53,566 nucleotides of DNA from a virus. Its lineage: Duplodnaviria > Caudoviricetes. Positions 46,012 to 53,566 of the stretch are shown here, in pieces. Position 1 is the stretch's first letter, and the number at the start of each line of letters is the position of its first letter. The position numbers were made by a program, and so were the translations under genes. Below the pieces are notes generated by a model that saw only the letters and a program-made list of their open reading frames with translations, was not told the DNA's origin and made no database searches. The DNA lies in IMG/VR virus record IMGVR_UViG_3300025133_000143, positions 1-53,566 of that record; one strand, written 5' to 3'.

Positions 46012-47280
46012 TTATCCTTGATATATAACCATGGGAATTGTTTTAAAAATAGTCTCCACCGCCTCAGACAATTCGGCATCAGTCTTCATTAATTCCGTAT
46101 AAGTAACTTGATCTAAAATTTCTTTTAATTCGGTTCTAAGGCTTTCTTGTTCTTCTTTAGCTTGGCCCAGGAGTTCGGTGGCATTTAATTGAGTATCATT
46201 ACCTGGAATAGGGATGGAAGAAAACTTACCCCTAATTTGACCCAAAGTTTCCTTAGAGAGGGCCAAAGCAAAGCGGCGGATCCACTGTTTACCGATCGCG
46301 TTAATATTGGCGTAAGGAAGATTGTCAAAAGGGATAGTATTGAGGTTATTTATCCCGTCAATACCCATATCATAGGCATTGTCATTCTCCCAAGCATTTG
46401 GTTCGACATTAAAATCAACCCACATTTTATTATAAGTATCAATAAGTTCTGGGATTGGAAAGATTCTTAATCTAGTATCTTTTAATTCATAAGAGTAGTG
46501 AGATAGACGCGTCCACAGGTGATCTTCATAGGCCATGGCCTGTAATTTATTTTGCCATACAGGAATAATTTCAAAAGTAGAATCATCAGTATATTGACCA
46601 TAATACAACAGGTTGCCAACAACATTCAACCCCCCATAATATCCAAAAAATCTCCACATAGCTTGGGGCGTTTTATAATAAACTTTCCGAATAATACACC
46701 GCTTATCCCCAACTACACCAAAAAAATCCGAAGTAGGGTCGGTCGACGAGGCAGAAATAATACGCTGTAAATCATAATCCTGCTGTTTTTCTTTTAAAGT
46801 AAAGGAGGCTGAATAAATAGGAATTGTTCCTCCGAAGCCGGCTTCATGGGAGTAGCCATCACCGACGCGTCGAGAATATTGAAATGTAAAGCGAGGAAAT
46901 TTTAAATTGACTCCATCTGGACCAGTTAGCATTTGGCCATCTTGGTCAAAAGTGCCCGTTTGTTGCCCGAGAACATCCGACAAGACATTTTTAGTTTGGT
47001 GTAGATTTACCAAATAGCCATATTCTAAAACGGCCTCTTGGTAATTGGCATATACATTTCCTTCTTTTAGTTCTATATCTAGAACATCTCCTCCGAGTTT
47101 TTTATAAGTGTAGGCAACCTGATCGGAGGCGCCGGAGACGAAGTTGACATCATAGAGGGATTCTCCGAAAACTCCATAAAGTTGCAAAGGCAACGCGGGG
47201 CCCACATTGGCTGTGGTGCCAGTAACCGGCAAGATCGCCTTGCTCATTTGACTGCGCGGGGTTAAAACAGGTAAAGCCAT
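46012..47280 (-). CDS. Neck/head-completion protein (gp13-like)
   Basis: LGGDVLDIEL, WIRRFALALSKE.LG.IRGKF..IPG..LNA. Confidence 0.8.
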   Translation of the reverse strand: MALPVLTPRSQMSKAILPVTGTTANVGPALPLQLYGVFGESLYDVNFVSGASDQVAYTYKKLGGDVLDIELKEGNVYANYQEAVLEYGYLVNLHQTKNVLSDVLGQQTGTFDQDGQMLTGPDGVNLKFPRFTFQYSRRVGDGYSHEAGFGGTIPIYSASFTLKEKQQDYDLQRIISASSTDPTSDFFGVVGDKRCIIRKVYYKTPQAMWRFFGYYGGLNVVGNLLYYGQYTDDSTFEIIPVWQNKLQAMAYEDHLWTRLSHYSYELKDTRLRIFPIPELIDTYNKMWVDFNVEPNAWENDNAYDMGIDGINNLNTIPFDNLPYANINAIGKQWIRRFALALSKETLGQIRGKFSSIPIPGNDTQLNATELLGQAKEEQESLRTELKEILDQVTYTELMKTDAELSEAVETIFKTIPMVIYQG

Positions 47281-47297
47281 ATATATTCCTCCACACT

Positions 47298-47305
47298 TAA
47301 ATAGT
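47298..47305 (-). promoter_or_regulatory. Putative late-promoter motif ACTATTTA
   Basis: Immediately downstream of the capsid terminator and upstream of the neck gene. Confidence 0.65.
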
Positions 47306-47311
47306 TTTTAC

Positions 47312-47346
47312 AAAAACAAAACCCCCCTCTGTTTCCAGAGGAGGGC
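47312..47346 (-). terminator. Intrinsic terminator after the major capsid gene
   Basis: CCCTCCTCTG-GAAA-CAGAGGGGGG then TTTTGTTTTT. Confidence 0.85.
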
Positions 47347-47374
47347 ATAAATTTCAGGGAAGTTAATAATTAGA

Positions 47375-49159
47375 TTATTGTAACAGATCCGTGACAACGA
47401 CTAGGCCGTACATATCTGGACGAACCATCTTCTTGGCGTAGCGAGTCATGACACCCTTACGCGGCACGAAGTCTTCCGGTCCAAAAATGGTCGGAGTCAT
47501 TTGGAGTGGCACATACGGTGCATATACATATCCGCTTTCGAGGAAAGAGGATCCCTTACGACCTACCAGAACAACGTTCCTTGGGAAATAAGGATCTACA
47601 TACACGTCCCACTTCTTACTCAGATTTCCAACCTTAACGGTACCAATGGTACCTCGATCGTCGTCGTGAGTAACCTGACCACGGAATCCAGCCGTAAACT
47701 CAAGAATGTTGGCAACTTCAGGTGAACACACCACAAAGTTAGCACCACCACGCAGAGTCTTTCGGTGAATCTGAGCCGAGACATCATTGATAGTTTCAGC
47801 GAGGGTTTCATACCACTCACTTACGTTACCCGTGAAATCTGGGAACACTGCACCCGCGACCATAGCGGAAGTACCCGTTTGTCGATTCAGGAATTTACCT
47901 GGCGAGCGAGACCAATAGAGAGTATCAGCCGTAGCACCCTTGATTAGATCTTCGAGAATCTCTTGATCAATTTCAAGTGCAATCTGCTCGGATAGGATGG
48001 ATGTCAACTCAACCTCGGCATCGAGATTGTGATAAGCATTCAAGTCCTGAGCCAATTCTGGCGTCCACTTAGCTTTGAGCTTTTTGGTCATCGCTGTGAC
48101 AGCCACGGAATCAACTTGGATGTTGATTTCGGGGATAGCTGTCTCGTTTTCGAGACCCCATGTAGTCGCTCCAACAACAGCACCAATTGCATTCGGCGCA
48201 GCGTCAAAGTTATCATACATAGCCCAGCTAGCACCCGTCACCTGAAGCAACGAAGCCGACAGTATATCGGTCGTCTCTGATCCTGTTGCGGCGAGAACCA
48301 CATAGAGGTCTGTATTGACGTTGGTAGTCGGCGCAATACCGTCGCGATCATCGCGAGTCAAGCGTCGAACTTGCATACCAGCACCGGTACCAGGGCCACC
48401 AGCCCCTCCAGGGATTGGGTCAAAGGTAATAGTGACATAATCTTTGACGTTAAGCTGACCACCAGGCTCAATTAAGAATTGCCACAGAGGGATAATTCCC
48501 ACAGCCGCATTGGATCCAGAAAGATCCGGGTCAAAGCGCACCAACGCATCACCTAGAGATGCATAAGTGTTACCATTAAACATGGTCGGAGTACCAGTCC
48601 AGTTGGCGGCGCCAACAGTACCAGATGCAACAACGGCTACAGTAAGACCACTAGAAGAACCAGTTGGAGAAGAATAGCCGTTATTCAGAGAATAAAAACT
48701 CTCTTCAGCGAGAGCACCAGCCAGTGAAATACCACCAGTAATTTGGGCGCCGACTGCTCCACCACCATAAAGTGATGTACCATCCGGATATCCCAAGCGA
48801 TGATTCAAAGCCGGGTCCTGTTCATCAATAGTGAAGTCCAGGAAGAAAATCAGACCAGAGGGTAAACTCATAGGCTGAACGCTAACTAAATCGTTAGCAA
48901 TAAGTCCACCAAATACTCGGCGGACAATGGGAAATGCTACAGATGCGAAACCCTCCACGTTTCCACCAGCCATAGTGCTGGTTTCACGAAGAAGCTCCTT
49001 TGCTTGGTTCTCAAGCAATACTGCCATTCCATGTTGGCCTCGTTCGTTGCCCATCCCTTCTAAGAGACCGGTGCGTTTCCACTTATTTAAAAGTGCTTCA
49101 CCGTCCTTCGAAAGATCGCGACGAACAATGCCTTCAGTTAGTTTTTTTAAAACAGACAT
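47375..49159 (-). CDS. Major capsid protein (T4 gp23-like)
   Basis: LLENQ, PIVRR, VQPMSLPSGLIF, KLKAKWTPELAQDL, YAPYVPL, GVMTRY. Confidence 0.96.
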   Translation of the reverse strand: MSVLKKLTEGIVRRDLSKDGEALLNKWKRTGLLEGMGNERGQHGMAVLLENQAKELLRETSTMAGGNVEGFASVAFPIVRRVFGGLIANDLVSVQPMSLPSGLIFFLDFTIDEQDPALNHRLGYPDGTSLYGGGAVGAQITGGISLAGALAEESFYSLNNGYSSPTGSSSGLTVAVVASGTVGAANWTGTPTMFNGNTYASLGDALVRFDPDLSGSNAAVGIIPLWQFLIEPGGQLNVKDYVTITFDPIPGGAGGPGTGAGMQVRRLTRDDRDGIAPTTNVNTDLYVVLAATGSETTDILSASLLQVTGASWAMYDNFDAAPNAIGAVVGATTWGLENETAIPEINIQVDSVAVTAMTKKLKAKWTPELAQDLNAYHNLDAEVELTSILSEQIALEIDQEILEDLIKGATADTLYWSRSPGKFLNRQTGTSAMVAGAVFPDFTGNVSEWYETLAETINDVSAQIHRKTLRGGANFVVCSPEVANILEFTAGFRGQVTHDDDRGTIGTVKVGNLSKKWDVYVDPYFPRNVVLVGRKGSSFLESGYVYAPYVPLQMTPTIFGPEDFVPRKGVMTRYAKKMVRPDMYGLVVVTDLLQ

Positions 49160-49186
49160 TGATTAATTCTCCTTTATTGTTAATAA

Positions 49187-50212
49187 TCATTTGTTTTTAA
49201 TGCCAGCCAAGATTTGCATTCGGGACACTTCTGGCCCTTCTGTTTCTCTCGGCTCTCGTCTCAAGGAAACGCTGGAAGTTCTCTGGATTACTTCGCGGAG
49301 TGATTTTGGTTGCTTTCGATTAGGAAGGCTACCCACTGCGCTTTGAAGGGTTTCAAAGATTACCTTTGCTTCTTCGATTGAATCGGCGTTGGACAAGGAT
49401 TCAACAATTTTTAATTTTTGTCGCTCATTCAGGGAGTTATTTGTCAAAACTCGATTCGTGTAAAGTAATCTCGCATTCGAAAGATTAACTTTATCAAACT
49501 TTTCTTGAAGGTTGCGGATGGCTCTAAGCAGTTTTTTGTTGGTAGAAACTAATTTTTTTCTATCCTCTGCGAGTCTTTCCGCTGCACTTCGTAAATCTTG
49601 TAGCTCTGCTTGGCGCGCGGTGTCGGCGATCGAAGCTAGCTTTAGTTGGTCTTGGTGATTTAATACACCATCGGGAGTAAATTTGCCAGTACCAATACTT
49701 TTGGGGTCTATGTCGACAATTAATTCTTCTAAAAGGTCGGCGATGTCGATTTCTTCGTCATCGCCCTCTTGGAGAGTAGCAGTGACCGGAACCGACGAAA
49801 CTGGCGGGGCTCCATCGAAAGAAGGTGGGGGTTGCTGTCCGTCGAGGGGTGCGGCCACCTCGTGGGAGATGGGATTACCCATATCCTCATCTGTTAACTT
49901 ATCCACCAGGGCGCTCAGTTTATCCATATCTAGATGAATAACGTCCGTTTCGCTTTCTGGTGTGGCTCCTATGGGAATAGTGTCCAATGTTTCCGAGTCT
50001 TCCATGCCACTCGACTCTTCTTCGTCGCCAAGGCCTCCAAGTCCAACATCTTCAGCGCCAAACTCCAATTCTCCTTCTTGCTCGAAGAGAGTTTCAACGG
50101 CTTTTTTAATATCCGTAGCATATTTCTCAATGACCGCGCTTTCGGCGTTCTTGATGGCAGCCTCTTTTAGGGCCGCCGCGTCAACAATGGCCTGATCTAA
50201 TAATGATGACAT
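49187..50212 (-). CDS. Prohead core/scaffold protein
   Basis: Acidic coiled coil directly upstream of MCP; NARLLYTN; ends RMQILAGI. Confidence 0.8.
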   Translation of the reverse strand: MSSLLDQAIVDAAALKEAAIKNAESAVIEKYATDIKKAVETLFEQEGELEFGAEDVGLGGLGDEEESSGMEDSETLDTIPIGATPESETDVIHLDMDKLSALVDKLTDEDMGNPISHEVAAPLDGQQPPPSFDGAPPVSSVPVTATLQEGDDEEIDIADLLEELIVDIDPKSIGTGKFTPDGVLNHQDQLKLASIADTARQAELQDLRSAAERLAEDRKKLVSTNKKLLRAIRNLQEKFDKVNLSNARLLYTNRVLTNNSLNERQKLKIVESLSNADSIEEAKVIFETLQSAVGSLPNRKQPKSLREVIQRTSSVSLRREPRETEGPEVSRMQILAGIKNK

Positions 50213-50243
50213 ATATAATTCCCTCTAGAAATTTACTCATCAT

Positions 50244-50251
50244 TAAATAGT
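50244..50251 (-). promoter_or_regulatory. Putative late-promoter motif ACTATTTA
   Basis: Upstream of the scaffold-MCP operon. Confidence 0.65.
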
Positions 50252-50289
50252 ATTTCGAAAGACGAAAATACTCTTTTTATGAGATGTTT

Positions 50290-50739
50290 TTACGGGTCCG
50301 TTAATCCAGAGCCCGTCAAACTAAACATCTCTGTTGGGTCAATACCTGTTAATTCAGCAAATAACTCGAAAGATCCATCGCCTCCGCCCGAGCCGGTCCC
50401 TGCCACATAAATTTCGCGGCACTTAACATCAAAAGTAACCGAGTCTTTATTACTCGGGAGAGTAATATAATGGAGTCCCGTGATGGGCGCCGCAGTCGGA
50501 TAGGTCTGGGTGCAGTCGGGACACCAACTATCGACGGGATTAGAGGCATTAAAGTAAACGCGCAAGCCAACCGCACTGGTATTAATTACTGTCACGCTTT
50601 TAGCTACCGTGGGGAATTCTACCTTAACCTCGCCATTTCCAGCGGCTGATACATCTACATCGCTACCAGTTATAAATGGATAACCCGAAACCTGATATGA
50701 TCCCACATTATGCAACCCGTTTTTATAATAAATTGCCAT
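50290..50739 (-). CDS. Beta-rich putative head decoration protein
   Basis: 149 aa, G/T/S-rich; ACTAATTATA at 50765-50774. Confidence 0.55.
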   Translation of the reverse strand: MAIYYKNGLHNVGSYQVSGYPFITGSDVDVSAAGNGEVKVEFPTVAKSVTVINTSAVGLRVYFNASNPVDSWCPDCTQTYPTAAPITGLHYITLPSNKDSVTFDVKCREIYVAGTGSGGGDGSFELFAELTGIDPTEMFSLTGSGLTDP

Positions 50740-50750
50740 TGAAACTTCTC

Positions 50751-50996
50751 CTACCTCTTTCTACTATAATTAGTTTGTTGTTTTTCTTTATTCTCTTCAT
50801 TCGCTTTTTTAATAAGGCGATCCCTATTTTTTCTCTGTTTTCGGCGCTTTTCGGAGGGTTTTTCATATCTCAATTTTTCTCTACAGGTTTCGACAATCTT
50901 ATATTTTTTAGTTTTTTTAATAAATCTTTTGATCATTCGTTGGGGAGTATCATTTCTCCGTGGTCGGATAACCACATGTGCTGGTTTTTTAGACAT
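50751..50996 (-). CDS. rpsU: Phage-encoded ribosomal protein bS21
   Basis: VVIR..ND..RMIKRF.KK...I.E..REKLRYEKPSEKRR matches bS21. Confidence 0.85.
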   Translation of the reverse strand: MSKKPAHVVIRPRRNDTPQRMIKRFIKKTKKYKIVETCREKLRYEKPSEKRRKQRKNRDRLIKKANEENKEKQQTNYSRKR

Positions 50997-51238
50997 TATT
51001 TCTTCTTTACCTCCGTCAGAGTAACAGTTCCCTGTCTGATTTTTCCGGTGGAATATTTAACTTTAAAGGTCAGTTGGTTGGTTTTTTCATCGAGAAAAAT
51101 AGTCATATTGGCTTCTTCCAAAGAATCATTTTCCATTTCTTGAGAGATATTTATTTCGATGGATCCATCTACCACTAAATCTCCCTGAATTCTGTTATTT
51201 TGTTCAGTGCCGAACGGCGCGCCTCTAAAGTATCCCAC
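50996..51238 (-). CDS. Short virion-like protein, paralogue family member 3
   Basis: N-terminal FR..PFG..QNN.I.G.L.V.G shared with the two upstream genes. Confidence 0.65.
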   Translation of the reverse strand: MGYFRGAPFGTEQNNRIQGDLVVDGSIEINISQEMENDSLEEANMTIFLDEKTNQLTFKVKYSTGKIRQGTVTLTEVKKK

Positions 51239-51249
51239 TTTTCTTCTCC

Positions 51250-51672
51250 TTATATTGTTCCATTAAAATACTCCACGATCAGCCATCGAGTTCCATTATT
51301 ATAGAGGGTCACACTCTGCCACGCATTGTAGAAGCGCATGCCTGATAGCAACGGATAATCATCAATCTGGGCTTCGTTCCCAACAATTACTATTCGGTTG
51401 GCGGATTCGTCGCGTTTAAAAGTAACCGTGAGCCCGAGGGGTACCGTGGTTATAAGAGGCAAATGCACAGACCACTGTCCAACCACCAATGCCGCGTTTA
51501 GATTAATGAGGGGGGTCGTAATAGAAAGTAATTCAATAGATGGCGAGGCGCCTTGGCCCCGTAAAAAAAGAGTATCAAGGATGGTGTCGGCGTTGACTTC
51601 ACAAGTGCCATTGATGGTGTTTATGGCATCTTGGCCAAAAGTGGTTGGTCTAAATTTACGCGTTCGGCTCAT
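51250..51672 (-). CDS. Putative head fibre/decoration protein, paralogue 2
   Basis: C-terminal WQSVTLYNNGTRWLIVEYFNGTI. Confidence 0.65.
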   Translation of the reverse strand: MSRTRKFRPTTFGQDAINTINGTCEVNADTILDTLFLRGQGASPSIELLSITTPLINLNAALVVGQWSVHLPLITTVPLGLTVTFKRDESANRIVIVGNEAQIDDYPLLSGMRFYNAWQSVTLYNNGTRWLIVEYFNGTI

Positions 51673-52079
51673 TAAATCGTCCCATCAAAATATCTTATGA
51701 TATTCCAAACTGTTCCATTACTACAAAGAGTTACAGCTTGCCAAGGGTCGCGTAGGCGGCAATTAATACCTCCATCTACACCTTGTCCTGGTGCGGCGCC
51801 GTTGATAAACACTCGACTTCCTGGCCAAGCGGTATCCGTCGAAATTTTGAAAGAAATAGTGTGGCCCACCGCAACATCGGCTATATCGGGCAACATTAAA
51901 ATGATAGTAACCGGCGGTGGCGACGGGATATCAATAAGAACTAAGCTTGTGTTGACTGGGATTGTATCGTTTCCCGTAACGGTGATCGAGTTAACCACCA
52001 TGGCACCACCAACTGTTAGCGCGCCAGTAACGATATTATTCTCTGCATTCCCAAACCTCGCGGGCTTAAAGTCACTCAT
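51672..52079 (-). CDS. Putative head fibre/decoration protein, paralogue 1
   Basis: C-terminal WQAVTLCSNGTVWNIIRYFDGTI. Confidence 0.65.
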   Translation of the reverse strand: MSDFKPARFGNAENNIVTGALTVGGAMVVNSITVTGNDTIPVNTSLVLIDIPSPPPVTIILMLPDIADVAVGHTISFKISTDTAWPGSRVFINGAAPGQGVDGGINCRLRDPWQAVTLCSNGTVWNIIRYFDGTI

Positions 52080-52119
52080 TCTTCCTCCCTCATGCTGCTC
52101 ATAAATAATTCCATGTTCC

Positions 52120-52551
52120 TTAAATCAGGTGCTTCCAATTCTTGCCGCCAGCCATCTGCATAAGGCCGCTGATGTCCACGCCGGCGTCGTTCGGCGCGTA
52201 GGTCGCCAAAGGACTTTGAGCCTTGGGGCGCCCAACAGTACCTCCTCGGGTAAGAGGAGTGGTCTCGCTGAGAATCCCCTTGAATTGAGAACCCATAGAC
52301 TCTTCTAGTTTTCTTTTACTCTCCTGAAGAGATTGAAGGAATTCTGGGTCTGGGTCGACTGATTCGGTAGGGGTCGACTTGTCTGGGGGACTTGCTGCGT
52401 ATTGAGTATGTTCCCTGATGACTTGTTGTGGGCCGAGACCCTGAACTACTTCGCTTATCAAACCGGATAGAACTCCGTCTTCGAATATTACCTCTTTTAT
52501 ACATTCTTTAATAAGAGGTTTTAAAATTTTTTTTAATTCACTTTTTTTCAT
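52120..52551 (-). CDS. Putative prohead core protein
   Basis: MKKSELKKILKPLIKECIKE; many (I/L)xE motifs; in the head cluster. Confidence 0.55.
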   Translation of the reverse strand: MKKSELKKILKPLIKECIKEVIFEDGVLSGLISEVVQGLGPQQVIREHTQYAASPPDKSTPTESVDPDPEFLQSLQESKRKLEESMGSQFKGILSETTPLTRGGTVGRPKAQSPLATYAPNDAGVDISGLMQMAGGKNWKHLI

Positions 52552-53093
52552 TTTTTTTCTTTTTGCGCTTCAAATTTGGGGTTACAAAACTCATACTGCT
52601 CTTGAGACCTAATATTGCGCTGATCATAACAATCAGCTGGGTCGAACTCTCCGCTGTCCTCGGAAATATCCGCTGGGGCTGGAGGTCCAGCGTCTGGTTC
52701 GGGTTCTCCCGCCGTTTGTGGGATGTTTAACTCTCCCGTCATTTGAGACCAACCTGACCAGCCAGGGAAATCAGGATGGGATGAAACTTGTTGTTTTAAT
52801 TCTGATTTGATCGCTTCGCCCTCTCTCTCCATCTGATCTTGAGTGTATCCTAAACTAGAAAGCCATTGTAAAAACTCTGGTTCTCGTCTACTTTTCTTCA
52901 TCGCATTATATACAATGTAAAGTCCTTTGTCAATATCGCTATCAAAATGAATTGTCATTCGTCCGAAGCGCGGGTCCGGGCGACCGGGAATGGGTGACAC
53001 TTCTCCGTGAATTCCTTCTCCCTCGCTTAGAAAGCCTCTCCAGCTTTCCGTTAATAGTTGTTGTTTTTTAAAACTTGAATATTTCTTACTCAT
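52548..53093 (-). CDS. Hypothetical head-associated protein
   Basis: N-terminal QLLTESWRGFLSE; directly follows the protease. Confidence 0.6.
   Translation of the reverse strand: MSKKYSSFKKQQLLTESWRGFLSEGEGIHGEVSPIPGRPDPRFGRMTIHFDSDIDKGLYIVYNAMKKSRREPEFLQWLSSLGYTQDQMEREGEAIKSELKQQVSSHPDFPGWSGWSQMTGELNIPQTAGEPEPDAGPPAPADISEDSGEFDPADCYDQRNIRSQEQYEFCNPKFEAQKEKK
52905..52933 (-). promoter_or_regulatory. Perfect-consensus sigma70 promoter TTGACA-N17-TATAAT, intragenic
   Basis: Encoded in IDKGLYIVYN codons of 52548..53093. Confidence 0.5.
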
Positions 53094-53566
53094 TTATTTA
53101 TCTCCTAAAATATCGTTCAAAGCTCGATTGATTCTATCTGCTTTAGTAAAAATGTTGGGCTGCGATAAGGATCGGCCCTCTTTTAATTGCATAAAGGCAT
53201 TGGGGGTCGACGGCTCAGATACGAAATCAAAACAAATTAATTGGAAATCGTCCTCTACCATGGTCCCCTCCCTCCCTTCAGTGACAGAGCCGAGTCCACG
53301 GGAAGAGATGCCTAGTTTAACGCCCGAATCTACCAATGAGCGGAGAATTTTTCCCGCCGGCGTATCCAAGACTTTAGCCTTTCCCATCACCTTTGGCCCA
53401 TCCATATAGATATTAACAATCATGTGGGATGCGTTTTTAAGATTTATAACCGAGTCGTCGGGATGGTCTAGTTCCCCGAGCGCGCGTCGTTCGTCGACCA
53501 ATTTTTGATAATTCTTTATTTCACGCTCCAGCACCTCGGTGGGATAAATCCGGCCATTGCCGTTTT
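53094..53566 (-). CDS. Prohead protease (T4 gp21-like), 5' end outside the window
   Basis: NGNGRIYP..L.RE, ALGELDHP, SH, LGISSRGLGS, DFVSEPS. Confidence 0.92.
   Translation of the reverse strand, partial: NGNGRIYPTEVLEREIKNYQKLVDERRALGELDHPDDSVINLKNASHMIVNIYMDGPKVMGKAKVLDTPAGKILRSLVDSGVKLGISSRGLGSVTEGREGTMVEDDFQLICFDFVSEPSTPNAFMQLKEGRSLSQPNIFTKADRINRALNDILGDK

Noticed and set aside
73-53409. Numerous plus-strand ORFs in the track (e.g. 3080..3493, 8361..8810, 37586..38050, 50676..51143)
   Set aside because: They are antisense shadows of well-supported minus-strand genes, Ser/Pro-rich, with no recognisable motifs
1-53566. Stop-codon reassignment (TAG/TGA recoding seen in some large phages)
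   Set aside because: Conserved genes are full length under the standard code, and all three stops are used at proper ends
1-53566. tRNA, CRISPR array, introns or inteins
   Set aside because: Intergenic gaps are about 130 nt or less with no cloverleaf or repeat-spacer pattern seen. DnaE, NrdJ, helicase and RecA have ordinary lengths and no intein motifs were noticed. Checked by eye only.

Overview
The window is 53.6 kb from a large contractile-tailed (myovirus/jumbo-like) dsDNA bacteriophage. All credible genes are on the minus strand, use the standard genetic code and have Shine-Dalgarno sites. In transcription order (right to left), the structural block is: T4 gp21-like prohead protease, small head-associated genes (three paralogues and ribosomal protein bS21), scaffold, gp23-like major capsid, neck proteins, tail terminator, sheath, tube, frameshifted tail chaperone, tape measure and baseplate proteins. 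The replication and metabolism block follows: a miniature family-A polymerase, tubulin-like protein, WYL_2/SH3 protein, gp32-like SSB, FKBP, RecA, stand-alone 5'-3' exonuclease, DnaB-like helicase, class II RNR, GroES, ThyX, a Rossmann + nucleotidyltransferase-like pair, DnaE and FeoA-like. It ends with a putative restriction-modification pair, dUTPase, IMPDH/GMPR, ClpP, GroEL and small genes. Two promoter classes are visible: sigma70-type TTG(A/C)xx-N16/17-TATA(T/A)T sites ahead of replication genes, several of them embedded in coding sequence, and an ACTA(T/A/C)TTA motif, the reverse complement of the T4 late promoter core, ahead of virion genes. I found no tRNA, CRISPR array or mobile element. 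All family calls come from motif recognition by eye, not database searches.
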